From: Octopus vulgaris
Lineage: Eukaryota
Direction of reading: 5' to 3'
Assembly: GCA_951406725.2 (NCBI GenBank)
Contig: OX597830.1
Span: 29,512,001-29,576,000 of the forward strand
Length of the DNA: 64,000 nt
How positions within the stretch are numbered: position 1 is the stretch's first letter; each line of letters begins with the position of its first letter. The notes below the pieces were generated by a model that searched no databases, was not told the origin of the DNA, and was given only the letters and a program-made list of their open reading frames with translations. Both the position numbers and the translations under genes were made by a program. This document shows positions 1 through 15,846 of the stretch, in pieces.

Positions 1-151
1 TTGCAGGGGATGGAGGGATAGATTAAACCTCATTACTTGAGTCGAACTTACTTATTTCTCTTATGTGGCTAGCGAATATTACAAAATAGTGATTCCTAAA
101 ACACGTGTGTGTCTGTGTGTTTAGTTTTGTATATACATGTACCGCTACCCA

Positions 152-189
<38 letters not shown>

Positions 190-495
190 CACAGATACAC
201 ACAAGACGGGCTTCTTTTAGGTTTTGTCTGCGACATCGACTTATAACGGGTTAGCTGGCCCGTTATAACTAGAAGTCCATAGTAGTCACTTACTGAAGGT
301 GTTGCATACTGTATATGTATATATATATATGTATGTATATATATGTGTATGTATGCATACATACACTCAGACATGACAGAAGTGAATAGACACTCCATAA
401 AACATCGTTTTATGTTTACTGTAAATTGAAAAGTTTCGTATATTTTATTAATCGACATTTTTCTGTTTCTAGTTTTCTGTGTGATTGTTTAATCA

Positions 496-1450
496 TGCCA
501 TGTACAAAAGAAGGCTTGCAACTGTCTTAATTTCCAAGAAGCCTATCGTGTGTTAATCTTAGTGTAAAATCAGAGAAAACCTTGGGATCCCACTTTCTAC
601 ACTAAATAGAGTGATTGTTACCAGACATGTCAACCAGGACTCTCTGATAAAACTCTTAAGAGAAGTGTGGAAGATAATCCTCGTTACAAGGCCTCTGACA
701 TAGCAGAAGTTGATTCAAGTCCCAGAACAGCTGTCAGGTATTTTCACAAACTTGTCTACTCTGCTCGAGCGGCAAGAAGGAAGCCATTTCTTCGACCAGC
801 CATTAACAAGCGGAGAAAAGTTTGGGCCAAGGAGATGGTGGAGATGCCACTAGTATTTTGGGACTCTGTCATCTTCTCCGATGAGTCCATATTTGCTGTA
901 TTTTCTGACAGTTGTCGAGTGTGGGTCTGGAGACACTGTGATCAAGAATTTCATGTGAAAAGATTGCAACCGACAATGAATCACAACGGCTATTCCGTGA
1001 CGGTCTGATGGCCAATTTGGAGCAATGCTCGATCAAAGCTAGTGAAGCGTTACAGAAACATAAACTCAGATAGACGTGCTCATATTGCAGAACGGACACT
1101 TTCCAATCTTTTCCAGTGGTGAAATGATTAAAGAAGACTATTTATGGAAGATAGGACTCCTTGTCACATTGTGAAAAAGATCCATAACAGGTCGGAATAG
1201 AATGGCATTAAAAAGACTCCATGCCCAAGCCGGTCACCAGATATGAACGCTATTGAACACTCTGGGGCATAATGAACAGGATACTTTGTGAAATGAACAT
1301 GAGGGCATTCTCAAATCCAGAACTTTTGAGATTACTGCATGAAACTTGGCAAGAAATTTCTCAAGGAAATATTCGTCATCTGATCAGCAGTGTGTCAAAT
1401 AGGGCCTTTGCATTGAAAAATGCAGAAGGACATGGCTGCAAAATATTAGA
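496..1450 (+). mobile_element. Decayed Tc1-family DNA transposon (transposase pseudogene)
   Basis: ORF 667-1008 reads RKPFL...FWDSVIFSDESIF...VWVWR (Tc1 first catalytic D). PSRSPDMNAIEH near 1225-1260 matches WPxxSPDLNPIE. Stops and frameshifts are present; TIRs not clearly found. Confidence 0.8.
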
Positions 1451-1899
1451 TATTCACATTATAATAATTAATAAATAATTTCAATGTTTTCTTTCAGATT
1501 TAAATAAATTTTAACGACAAATGGATGACTATTTAGTTTTGTCATGTAGGTGTATATATACATGTGTATGTGTGTGTGTTCGAAAGGAAAGTAGATGTAT
1601 AGGGTATCAGCGCACCATAACACCTTGATCATAGTTTTGGACTCTACTAGTAACTCCACAACAGCAATAGTACTTTTATATGTGATCACAGGGCAAGCTG
1701 TTAGTCCATTCCATCGATTCTTTTCGTGACTAGTATTCCACGTTATCGACTTCTGAATTATGAACAGTAATATCAACTCTTGGGTTAAAATTCAGAAAAT
1801 AAAGTACCGTACAGTATACTGTAAGGCCATTTTTTAAACTGCTTTGGTCACAAGATTATGTTGTCAGAAGGAAAGTGAATATCTATCTTCTGGGTTTCC

Positions 1900-2620
1900 C
1901 GAGTCTACATGGTGCGTCTTATGGCGTATGTCCATTTTCCACTTGAGTCTGTGCCTTTTGTTGCTAATCATTTCTGATATGCGTGAATCAGTGTCTATCT
2001 GAAAAATTATCAAATATTCCATTGGTCATATTATGTACTTACTACAATCGGGCTTTCTTTGTTTTCATGACATTCTTGATCTACCACCTGCTGTGTAAAG
2101 GCATCAGTTTCTATGTATACCGCCTACACGGTTACGCTACACTCGACCAGTGGAGAGACCGCGAACAGCATCCAATTATCAGAGGTCCCCTTGCTACGCT
2201 TGTTGTGAGCTGTAGTACGCCCGTGCAATAAGAGGGCCAATCTCTTTATCGGAAAGAATCCCTGCCATCTAGCTGTAAGACAATACAGCGCCAGTAGGCT
2301 GCTGGTCTTTGGAATTTTGCTGTCATAATGACGTGATGGTCAAATATTTTTTTCTGGGGAGTATGTCTCGCAAGGTTGTTGGTAAGAAGACTTGACACCG
2401 AGGTGGCAAATCTCTAGCCTCTATATAACAGATGTTGTTCAAAATAAAGTCGAAGGTCAATAGCATTTGGCACCAATAGAGTTTGTCTTTGTACAAGCTA
2501 CAATAATGGGCTTGACACCGATGCCCTACCTTACTGAATATGATATCTGATTTGTTCTTGCATTTACTAAAGTCACCAATTTCATGCGGGAGCATGAATG
2601 CAAATTAGAGGAGATTCGAA
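1900..2620 (-). mobile_element. Possible very old LINE (RTE-like) remnant
   Basis: GC-richer block; the minus-strand peptide FLPTTLRDIL loosely resembles RTE F...LRxIL. Weak. Confidence 0.2.
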
Positions 2621-3088
2621 GTCTGCTTTTACTTGCTCTTAAACGTATTGACATCCGTGACCTTTACTTTACGAACGATACCTTTTCATATATTTGTTCT
2701 GTATCGAGTTAAATACACTCCCTTGTCATTCTTACTATCAGAACCTCATTATATTTATGATATTTCTGCTGGTGGGCACTTAAAACCTATGATACTATAC
2801 TTACAAAACTGCGATATGTAAACTGAAAAAAAAAATCAAATGATTATACTAATCGTTAAATGGTGAAAGTATCAAAATTAATTTAGTATTATTTTTGCAC
2901 TTATATCGCTGAAAGAAATGTACTAAATCTACTGATGCTATATACTGACATATCACCAACGAAGATAGAAATAGTATACATGATTAATGTCTAAAAGACG
3001 AATGCTACTAGGGGAATAACAGTCGATACTAACAACTTCATTTCATGAGTATGCCGGTAATGAATTTATGATAAACTTACCAATTCTA

Positions 3089-3179
3089 AAACAACAAATT
3101 AACTTACTAGAGCAAGAACAACGACGACGACGACGACAACAACAACAATAACTGCTACTACTACTGCCGCTACTACTAT

Positions 3180-3244
<65 letters not shown>

Positions 3245-3330
3245 ATTCTACTATTACTACTACTACTACTACTACTACTACTAATAATAATAACAATAAC
3301 AATAATAATATTAATAATAATAACAATAAC

Positions 3331-3365
<35 letters not shown>

Positions 3366-3370
3366 TAAGG

Positions 3371-3426
<56 letters not shown>

Positions 3427-3545
3427 AATAATGATAATAATAATAATAATAATGACACTGATACTTCTATTTTGCCGAGCTCGTCGATGACTAGGATGAT
3501 GATGATTACGATTATAATTTTGACGACGGTAACGACGACGACGGC

Positions 3546-3636
<91 letters not shown>

Positions 3637-3967
3637 GACGATGATGATGGTGATGATGATGATGATGAGGAGGAGGAGGAAGAGGACGATGACGTCGACG
3701 ACACTGCTGCTGCTGATGATGATGATCATGTGAGTGATGATGATGATGATGACGATGATATTGAAGACGACGGTGACCAAACGACAACATTCTAACGACG
3801 AAGTTCCTGATGATCGTGATGATCACAATCACGAACATAATGATGACGATGATGATGATGATAATGATGATGATGATGATGAACATGTCCATTAAAACAG
3901 GGAAACTTTGGTATACGGTGCCACGCTGTTGCAACTAATACTGGTGGCGACGACGACGATAATGATG

Positions 3968-3999
<32 letters not shown>

Positions 4000-4015
4000 A
4001 ATGACTGTGCTGATG
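3089..4015. repeat. Compound trinucleotide microsatellite (AAC/GAC/TAC/TAA/GAT/GAG)
   Basis: Directly visible; explains the poly-S/I/D/H ORFs. Confidence 0.95.
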
Positions 4016-4489
4016 AAGATCAAGAAAGAGAGGAGTGTGCAGAAGGGGAGGGAGATTAATGGTAGCATTATTAGTACTAATGATTTCTAATGTTTATATG
4101 TTGATTACTAATTTAATAACAGTATTAATAATATTTAATATGAATAGAGATAAATTTAACTCCACTAGTAATAAAATATTAATAATAATGATGATTTCTT
4201 ATCACATCTTCATGTCACAAATGGTACAAATGAATGATGTACGACGTAGATTGTTAAATAATTCATCTGTACCTTGCAGCAATCTTCATAAAATCATTTG
4301 TAGCTTCTTTGCCTTTTAATGATTTGTAAGTCTATATCAGAACTAGATGCATAAATAGAGAGAGAGAGAGAGAGGAGAGGAGAGATGTGGTGAAGGAGAG
4401 GGGATGAGTAAGACAAAGAAAGACGAACTGACACCCACCCACATACATTTATCAATGCATTAAACGGTTATATATATATATACATATAT

Positions 4490-4790
4490 ATATGCGAGGT
4501 ATTGGTATCCAGAAGTCCCAAGTTGGAAGGTAAAGCTAAGTGAGTGCCATGGTAGAACCGTAAACTCTCGGTTCGATACTAATGCGAGTGAGGAATCTAA
4601 TGCCGGTCATGTATAAGCATGAATATATGAAATCAAATGAGTCAACAAAGACAAGGCTATGTGGAATCTTCAGGACATTTATTAAGAGAAAGTTAGTCTT
4701 ATAGAAGGTTCTGGGATATTAGGGATATTCTTTCATCAGAGACGATGTGAGATAGTTAACTAGAAGGTAATAATAGAGTTCATTATAAAG
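4490..4790 (-). mobile_element. Probable PLE terminal fragment with decayed hammerhead (4696-4743)
   Basis: Minus strand gtct-CTGATGA-...atatccca-GAAC-cttcta-TA-agac. Stem I and CUGAUGA are intact; GAAA and stem III have decayed. Abuts (TA)n. Confidence 0.45.
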
Positions 4791-5111
4791 ATGCGACTCT
4801 CTACCCTATACCGTTTTTCTCCTCCAGCCTTCTCTCATTCCCTTTCTCTCCGTTTTCGGTCTGTCTCTCTCTCTCCCCCGCTCTCTCTCGTCTTTTTCTT
4901 TGTCTCTCTTTCTCTTTCATTGCTCACATGTGGTCATCGTCCATCTTTCTTTTCATTGCATGACCATCTTCCTTTTCCTGCACGGACGTTTAAAAGAACG
5001 GACGTGTTTATTTGTCTCTCTCTTCTGTCGTTTCTCTTTTCAAAATAAAAAAAAAATGTTTCTTCCAGCTTCCATCTTTTGTTTTTTGTGAATTCTCCCT
5101 ACACACACACA

Positions 5112-5550
<439 letters not shown>

Positions 5551-5802
5551 ATCAAGAGTAGCAGAAACTGCATCGTTAGTTGTAAATGTTGTTATTGTTG
5601 CATTTCATGTCCATTATTTTTATGACCGTTATTTGATTTTTTTTTCAATATTCTACGTTATTTTGTTCATCGTTTCTTTAGATTTATTTGTTTTCATATG
5701 TTTATTTTATTTGTTTCCTCAAATGACATTAACCTTGCTATATTATTTGTGATATATTTATTTATCGACTGTCGCCTTTCTGACATCGGTATAGTCGTAT
5801 AT

Positions 5803-5835
<33 letters not shown>

Positions 5836-5842
5836 CATAGAT

Positions 5843-5887
<45 letters not shown>

Positions 5888-6269
5888 GATATACATTTGT
5901 ATGTATACATACATATACTTGTGCATTTTCGTGTGTATAGTTTCCTCGGTTTACTCCTTTTAAACCGTTTCAGTATCATTTATATTTTTATACATTGTAA
6001 TTCTTGAGGTTTAATAATTAATGTTTTACATACATTTGTTTTTGTCAACTCAGTCTCAATTTTTTCTACAGTCTATACTTCAAATCATTTTTACAGACTT
6101 TAGATGTATAAAGTTAGACTGATATTAATGTAATGTGAATTTAAAAAAAAATTGAGCTTAGTATTTTTTGCTATTTATGCATTTAGATTTTTTGTTCTCC
6201 CTTTTTGCTATATTTCGCTTTTACCATCATAAATATATAAGTATTCTCTCAGTATTTGTTTTACTGCAA

Positions 6270-6832
6270 GGAGGCGAGCTGGCAGAATCGTTAGCACGCC
6301 GGGCGAAATTCTCAGCGGTATTTCGTCTGCGTTACGTTCTTAGTTCAAATTCCGCCGAGATAGACTTTGCATTTCATCCTTTCGGGATCGATTAAATAAG
6401 TACCAGTTACGCACTGGAGTCGATATAATCGACTTAATCCGTTTGTCCGTCCTTGTTTGTCCCCTCTGCGTTTAGTCCCTTGTGGGTAGTAAAGAAACAG
6501 GTATTTCGTCTGCCGCTACGTTCTGAGTTCAAATTCACCCGAGGTCGACTTTGCTTTTCATCCTTTCGGGGTCAATTAAATAAGTACCAGTTACGCACTG
6601 GGGTCGATATAATCGACTTAATCCGTTTGTCCGACCTTGATTGTCCTCTCTGTGTTTAGCCCCTTGTGGCTAGTAAAGCATAGGCGTTTCGTCAGCCGTT
6701 ATATTCTAAATCCAATTTCCACCGAGGTCGATTTTACCTTTCGGTGTCGATAAATTAAGTAACGGTCGATCTAATCGTCTGGCCCCCTCTCCCAAAATTT
6801 CCGACCTTATGCCTAGATTAAAAAAGAATATT
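6270..6832 (+). mobile_element. tRNA-derived SINE family B, internally trimeric
   Basis: Head ggcgagctggcagaatcgttagc, then three ~175-bp units starting tatttcgtc...gagttcaaat (B-box-like), then a tail ...cctagattaaaaaagaata. Same architecture at 39180-39752. Confidence 0.85.
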
Positions 6833-8644
6833 ATTTTCTTTTTTAGAACGGCACAGAAACGGTTATTTATGGAATGAGTTTAAAATTTTGCCATGGTCGA
6901 ATTTAACTTCCGACTTATTGAAGTCTATAAAATAAGTACCATGTGGGTTTTGGATTCGATGTAATTGACAAGACTTTCACCTAAAATTGCTGCCCTTGTG
7001 CCAAAATCTCAAAACACTCTTCGTTTCGTTGTTGATTTATGAACAGAAACATTTACTACATGTTTTCCTTGTTTTCTCTTCTTTTTTAGAATTTACTTGT
7101 TCATTAGATATTTTTCAAGGCGTGGAAAATACCTATAATTTTACTTACAAAAACATCAAGCAGAATCAAATCAATATCTGAATTAGCTTATCACAGTTCT
7201 ATTTAATTATATAACAGTCTTTTTGTAATCGATGTAGTTTGTCATTAGTAGCATAGTTCATTCCGCAACAAATTTTGAATTAAAAGAAGGACATACCATT
7301 TTCGTACCCGGTAGACCTCAATATAAATTATAAAAGTGCAGGTTAGGAACAACAGGGTCTCCCCGACAGTGGGGCCTCCTCTCACCTCTGTGTGGATACC
7401 ATGAACGTTAAAAAAACACCAAGGAGGTCACAAAAGAATATCTACAAAGATCGAAGGACATTTTGCAAAATATTTATCACGAAAAATTAAAATTCATTAC
7501 AAAAAGACATAACAGTTGTGGCTGCAATTCCTTTGATCATATATTCATGATAAGGGCTGACTTACATTAAAGGAGATCTGTAACAATAACAACAACGTTT
7601 GGATAGTGAGGAGAATACATGTTCCGTCTAATGTGCAGTACACTTAGATTTGTACATCTCATAGTAGATAAGACAGTATCGCCATCAGTGACGGGATATA
7701 TCATGAGGAACAATAGTTCTGTAAATACCTATCAGTTTTGCAGGACCGAAGCTACTACGAAGCCTTACACACCATGCATAAGAACCGAAACCATCCCACT
7801 TCTTCACAGCAAGAAAAATCATCTAAATTCCGTCCAATCCAACGATGAAAAAACCACTCTAAATATTCATACTGTAGAACCTTTACGAATTATAAAGTGT
7901 GTATATTTTATAATATGAAAATGGATAAAATGTTATTTTATGGAAATAATATGTTTAGGCACAGTGTTATACATAAAAATGTGTTTTGTGGTTATACAAA
8001 ATTATTCTAAATAAAAGAGATAATTTCTCACAGAGCCTCAATTATCGAAAATAAAATTATCTTGCTTTAAAATTTCCATTGTGCTATTTTAAACAATAAT
8101 TTGAGAATCCAAACATATATTTTCATAATCTGAAGCATTCCTTTTATTCTGAGATCTTTAAATAAATGAACATTGAAGTTAAGAATCAGAAGCTACTATA
8201 AAATGTCTGTGTCGACAACAATAAGCCGAAGTTTAACGTATCATTATATTCTCCTAATCAACTTTAAATGTCAAGAACTCGAAGCGATAGGTTCCTCAAC
8301 CCTTTTGGCAATTAAATATGTGAATATTGTCAGAAAATTGTTGTACGAGTAAGCTCTACGGTATGCATCCATATATACACACATGCATACATACAGACAC
8401 ATACCACATAGATACTTATACAAATACAGAGATATAGACAGACACCTACATATGATAGCAGGCATGTGTGTGAATCTTGGAGTGTGTATGTGTGTGTTTG
8501 TGCGTTTGCGTCTATGTGTATGTTTGAGATATTTCAGGCACACCTTTGTGTTTTACTCTAGTAGAAAATATTTCTGAAGGGGAAAATATTTCTATGCTTA
8601 AAGGAGGTATTACATACACACACATATGTATGTATGCATGTATG

Positions 8645-8716
<72 letters not shown>

Positions 8717-10789
8717 CATATGTATATATATATATATATATATATGTGTATGTGTGTATGTATATGTATATTCATATATATATATATATATATACAGTAT
8801 ACTGTACCTCGAGGCACTGCTAATATAAGCCTTAGGTAAACTAATTCACAATATCGCAATAACTGCAAAAGAGTATCTTATTGAAATAGGATAAATTAAA
8901 AAAGGAAATATATTAAAAGTTTCGGATATGGTCACAAATTTATATACTTTAATATGGTCTTGTGCGACGTACGTAGTGGCGTGTGCCAGTGCATGGGTGT
9001 GCAGCTCTTTCAAAACATGATCATGCAGTATTGTGATGTGGAGGGGAAGAGATAATGGAATTCAAAAGACTTTCCTGTTAAATTTCTTTCTATCTCTGGC
9101 CGTATTTCCTTGTATATATTTGCGGTGGCTGTGTTTGTGTGTGTGTATATATAGATACGTGGTTGCGGCCTATGTGTATATATATATATATATTTACAAG
9201 CACATACACATTCACTCACAATATATAACATACGTGTGTCGCGTAGATATATATATATATATGTGTGTGCGTGTGTGTGTGTGTGTGTGTTTGAGTTTCA
9301 GAGTGACTTTGGACAGAGGGAGAAAGACTGAGACAGAAAACTAGAGTTATCGAATACGAAACTAATATATGAAGGAAAAAGTAAAATTACTTCTATAGAG
9401 GTCCACTTATCTAAACCGGCTGCGACACGTCAATGCTGGAGACGTAACACTCTATTTGGGACTACATAGATACATACAGAAATTAAAAACATTAAAGCAT
9501 GCATATATGTAAGGCTGCTAATTAGCAGAGGTTTTTAGGAGACTTTAAACTATTCATATCTAACACCACTACTGAAGAAAGCTGTCGATTTCCATAGTCC
9601 TCAACACTAAGAGAAAGCTGAACACTGAGAAGATAATTTAATGGAATGATTATTGCTACTGAGCTGAAAGTGAAATATGCAATTTGTTTACTGGTTTTGT
9701 TCGTAGGGGCGATGGGACGTAATTATCGAATCAGATGCGACTTTTCTGAAGAACTTCGTAAAGCGTAATTTTGTAAAATAAAAACAAAAACAAATTACGG
9801 TTTGGCAATTACATGGAACACAGTCGCTCGTATAAAAAAATATGTTACCTAAAACTAGATGGAAATATTAAAGGAATTAGATTTAAAATTCACTAATATT
9901 GCTAAACTATCTTTGGCTAGTATTTTCGGACATTACTTTAGATCTAGCCACAGGCATATATTATTCCCGAGAAGGTCAAAAGCTGAAAATATGTACATAC
10001 AAACTAATTTCAATTTGAGCTAGACAACAACATTTTGAAACACCTATTTTCAATAACATATCAGTCAGATTGAACACTGCAATGCTGAAGCAGAAATAAT
10101 TTCACAACAAATATTCTGCTTAATACCACAGATTTGCTTACAGTATGTGCCTCTCTGATCATGAGCAGGTGTACTGATTGGAGCACCATGGCCATGTGTG
10201 GAGAGCGATTCTATGGTGTTTGAATAAATCTAACATAAGAAAAATTTGAAGGAAATATTAGCCATTTTTTAATACTTTCTAGGGGTAAGCAAATACGAAA
10301 TAAGAGTTGCTACACAAGGGCCGAAAGTGTGTCATACAGTGTCATAAAGAAGAATTCACAATTTAGTATCAAGTCTGGACAAATTTCACAGACTTTATTT
10401 TATTACGAGAAACAGTTTAAGAACAAACTCCTTTCACATCCAGCAAGAAAATGAGGGAAGGTGATATTGTATTCCATATTTGAACGTGAGTAAAGCCACA
10501 GAGTTTACTAGAAAATTTGTAATTTTCGAAAGGTCGTCACATGTGCCAATGACACACATTCACCAAATGCCCTCGACAAAGTAACGCTAAAGTCGTCTCT
10601 TTATGCCTACATATCGTTGCTTCGCTAAAGGTGCGCTCAAATGAACATTATTCCATCAAAATCAATTTGCTGAAGAATTGCGACATTTCGCACATTTAGA
10701 GGTTTCAAACTCTCTTAAGTATGATGAAACACACACAAGATACACTCACATACACACACACACACATGCATACGCACGTACACACACAT

Positions 10790-10837
<48 letters not shown>

Positions 10838-10889
10838 CGTTTGTTTTCCACCTGCCTTCGTCTTTTGTTTATTTTCATAAAGCTTCCCG

Positions 10890-10974
<85 letters not shown>

Positions 10975-13900
10975 CTTCTTCTGATAGGAAAAAGAAGAAT
11001 TATTCGGGACTCAACACAACAAGTTCGAAACCCGCTGGAATAAAATTATACGCTCATTCAGGTAGAAGCACAGAGGAGTAACCATTCCCCTTCAAAATAA
11101 TTCAGGAATTGAGAAACCATGAAATTACAGGTATGAACTTCAACTGAAATATCTCGGATGAAGACACTGTAAACACTAAGTTGTGAGGGAATTGTTGAAC
11201 ATATTTGATGGTGATTCTGAACTACTTATATTATCTATATTGAAAGAAGATTTCGCTCTTCTCACTAGTTCCTTGGACACTCAGAATTATAATTACATTC
11301 GGAAATGCTGGAGTTCAACATAGAATACTCTCCACTATACAGTGATGCAAACAATAATCTACATAGATTTTACTTCATAAGCTAGCAGTTATACATCTAT
11401 TTGTAAAGAAAAACATGCACAGGTATTCAAATCTATTAGTTAATATTTTTGTGTCCTTGTGTATTGTCTGTAATATGTGCTTATGTTTTTTTATTCTTGT
11501 GTCTGTATAAATGAATTACTATTGCCACAATGTTGCGTAAGTCAGTTACTTGTGCATTGTATCTTGTCTTTTCCATCATTTGTAGATTGATAAGTATTAT
11601 CATCTACAGAAACCTCATATCGATGTCATTTATTTCCATGTATTAACTCAGATAAGTTTGTGTGTTCCGAGTTCAAAACTTAGCAATATTCGCTTAGGAA
11701 TCATTAATTATATATCTATTATTTTCTTATGACAGTTTTGTGGAAAACACGCAACTATAGACCTGTATAAATGTTCGTCCGCAAGCTATTATGAGAACTA
11801 TTTGCTTATGTCACACGAAAATCTATCGGTAATTAAAAATTGTAATGTCGTAATTTATTGAATTATAGTATTTGGTAAAAATGCAGATGATAAAATATTT
11901 TATGTAACACGTACCTATCTGTACCTGTAAATAGTCACCCATGAAATTATTTTAACTTGAGATACTAAAACATTCTCCAAAACGGTTCATAAAATTCATT
12001 GCACACTTTTATGGCATACGTAGGTAATCGTTGCCGCATTTTATCCTCTGCCATAGCTTAATCCCAATATTTTCAGCTAATGACTGCTAGTTTAGTTGAA
12101 ACTGTATTCTCCGTTCGACATATATTTTACCATAAAAGGAAAGTTTGCACGAATAGTAGGAATAAGAGCATCCATATGATCTATACATCAAGATTTACGA
12201 GAATATAAACTTACTGAAACGAGTATCTCTGAATTTATTTTTTCTGTGAAGAGAATGTATCAGGTCAGCTGAATATCACTACATGTAGTCGTCTAAATGC
12301 ATGATGTAAGCTTCAAATTATTACATGAAAGCAAAACACTATCATTATATTTGCAAAACTAAGTTGATTCTTTCTGCGGTGTTTAAATGCAAATCGTGGT
12401 CACTGATATAAACAAACTACATTAGATCCATAATATTTCTACCATTTGAAAGATGAAGCTACAAAGGAAGAAACGATGCATGAAGCAAAGGATTGATCTG
12501 GCCAAGGTTTTAACACATATTTTAGTGCTAATACATTCATAGAAATTGCAATTCAACAACATAAATCCTTTTTGCTTTTATCAATTATATTACGAAACTA
12601 GGTGACAAAGATATCTGTTTATTACTTAATATAGTTCCAGGACTTTACAACATGTAACGCCATTTTGATCAGTGGAAGGATGCTGGCTTCGTAATGGAAC
12701 GAAGGTCAATTATCTATTAATGAAAAAAGATGGTTGCGTTGTTTAAATTCGGTTTCATCTCTCACATTATAGTGCTTGCTTAAAGATAATGCAAAATACA
12801 ACGTTGACTAAGTATGTAAAGAATAGACACTTTATACTTTTACTAAAATGCTATGAGCAGAAATATTCCAGACTGTTCGTACAATATGAAATTTTCCGTC
12901 AGCTTAATCAGTGTACGATTCTCACCAACAGGTTTCATGAAACTCGTCAGTAAGTACATAATTTCAGAGGAAAAAATGATTATGGAAGAATTTAGTACAT
13001 GATATGATTGCAAAGGAAAAAAATGGAACAGAGTTTAAAATATTACAAAAGATTGCTTATACAAAGGTTCTCTTTATGGAAAGAAAGCGCGTTTCAAAAT
13101 CAACTATTTACAGGATACTTGGATGAAACCTCAGCGTGGAAGATTAAGTAGGATTAAAATTCATTGTCATTTGCAAAAATAAGTTTGGTGATTGAAATGA
13201 CTGCATTTAAGGTTTTCTGAATTATAGAAAGAAAAGTACTAAGGACAACAAAATACAGCGAACTACATCGGAGTTCAGAAACATGGTTCCAAACGATTGT
13301 TAAAATATCCGAGTACATATTCATTATTTAAATAGCAATACTTCTTAATAAATGTAAAAAAGAAATGCGTGCGTTTCAAAGCATGTGAATATATATTTTA
13401 GTATATTAATGCATATATGTAAATGAATATATAACGTGAAACTTTGGCAGTGAACAGGTCGAGTTTCCAAAGCGACGAAAATATATTGACACAAATCAAA
13501 TGAAGTGAATCTAACGGTTTTTTTGTGTGTGTTTTTCAAAGTGCCTTGTAAATACCTTTCACGCTGCAATTATGAAAAGGGAAATGACGCCAGAAACTCG
13601 AGTCCGTGTGTATCATAGGTTGAAGACGGGAAGGATGGCTTCCCTTTGCAAATACTGAAAGGGCACAGAAAGTGTGTCAATGGCCAGCTGGAGTAGGTGT
13701 CCTCCTGGGGCTACAAGCTACACTAGCATACACCCTTAGAGGTTAGCCCCATTTAAGTGGCAAAAAAGTGTGACACATATATATACATAAATGCTTGTAT
13801 AAATAGATAGGAATGTATATGAACGTATCTACATACATAAACGCAGATGCAAAGACACAGACAACTCCTCCCTTCACATATATATATACATCAAAGAAAT

Positions 13901-14091
13901 TATCAAGAAACATGCCCATTCAGCTGATTTATCTACTTTATCAACGTAAAGAAGACACCGCTAATATTTATTAAATGTAATTATCAAATTATCGAGTTGT
14001 AAGGGTTTGTGAAATTAATTCATATTTATGAGAGATCGTACGTTATGATTAAACTAATTACGACTCTGTAACTGTCATTGTCATCTTCATG

Positions 14092-14130
<39 letters not shown>

Positions 14131-14179
14131 TGGTGTGTGTGTATACATGCACAAACTAGCACATATACACACACATACA

Positions 14180-14221
<42 letters not shown>

Positions 14222-14499
14222 CTATTGCATTAGTTTTTACTTCCTACTATTATATATTGAGATATTTATTCATATATTCATGCTCCATGATCTCTCACTT
14301 CACATATCCGACTTGGTTACAGATGCTCTCTTTCACCGTATCTTCGAAAATCAAAGGACAGCAAGCTTCTTATAATTTGCAGTGTTGATGTCTTAGAAAT
14401 ATTTTATAAATATTTTCCCTTCCGAACGCAGATTCTTATCATAAACCGACTCTCTTTCACCCTCTTCCGCTCTGACTGTCTGTCTGAACGCCTGTCTAC

Positions 14500-14573
<74 letters not shown>

Positions 14574-15789
14574 TTCCCCGCGCCCTCGCGGTTTCTCTGA
14601 AAACCTTTAATTTTTCATTTTTCTCTACCTTCTTTGTTGTTCTCTTCTTGCTTCAAAGGACGAGGTATTATAAAGTTGTTCATAGACATATTGAATCAGA
14701 CATATTATTCTTGTTAAATGAGAAATGTAAAAACTAATCTATAATTAATTGTGTTATGGTTTGATTCATGTCTTGTATAATCTTCTCAAAATGCATCTCT
14801 AATTGATATCATCAATTACATTACACATTTTTATCACATAAATTTTAATCATATTATTGTGTTTTTTTTAAATCATGAAAGTAATTATATGATCAAAATT
14901 AATAAGACTGTTGATAATTGTTATCAGTTTAAAATAAAAATAAACAGTATTCTTCTTCTTCTTGTTTATATTTTTTATTACAAGTAATCAAAAATGTAAA
15001 GGCAGTCAGCATAATTTAATTTATATTGCTGAAATTATAATTATAATTGAAGAAAATATTAAAAAAAGTATGGAATAACAAATGTGCTAGTAATTTAATA
15101 ACGTGTCCACACGGAAATGTGAAGCTCAGTATTAGACAGTACAAAACAGTTCTGTATAATGATGTAATTTCAAAACAGTCATATACAAGAGTTATATATT
15201 CTCTTCGCAACAGCTTGCCAGTGATATCGGCGGAAGTAAATAAATATTAAAAACTTACCAATTTACGAATTCCTTATAACGAATTGTGGGAGTGGGGTTA
15301 AAAAATACCTAAAGAAAGATGAAGTAAATATATTTCTTATGGGACATTGCCAGAAATGTAGCACAGATACATCTAAAGCACCAGTTGGTCGGAAATGCGA
15401 GTTTGCTTATCGCCGCGCTGATAGCATTGAGGTGGTTTTTGCTTCTGTTACTGATGTTTTTATTTATGTTATTGTTGATTATTCTCCAGTGCTCTCAAAC
15501 TGGGAAAAGACATGATCAAAGGTAACGAAGTAGTGAAGATCCGTCTTTTATTCTTCATTTGGGATTGTAAGATATAATCTGAGAAATATGTGCTCACTAT
15601 TTCTAGACACGGGTATGGCTGTGTGGTTAAGAAGGTCATGCACGTAGATTTGTGTTGAATCTGTGTGGCACTTACCTTAGTGGCACCTGCCTTCAGCAAA
15701 CTGAATCTGTGTGGCATCTGTGTGGCACCTACCTTCAGCAAGTATCTTCTACTATAGCCCTGAACCGACTAGTACCTTTTTAATAAATT

Positions 15790-15846
<57 letters not shown>

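Noticed and set aside
3043-4090. Long ORFs rich in poly-Ile, Ser, Asp and His
   Set aside because: They are translations of trinucleotide repeats, with no domain or splice evidence.
6318-6780. CRISPR-like array
   Set aside because: The units are ~175-bp SINE-internal repeats with no unique spacers, in a eukaryotic context with no cas genes.
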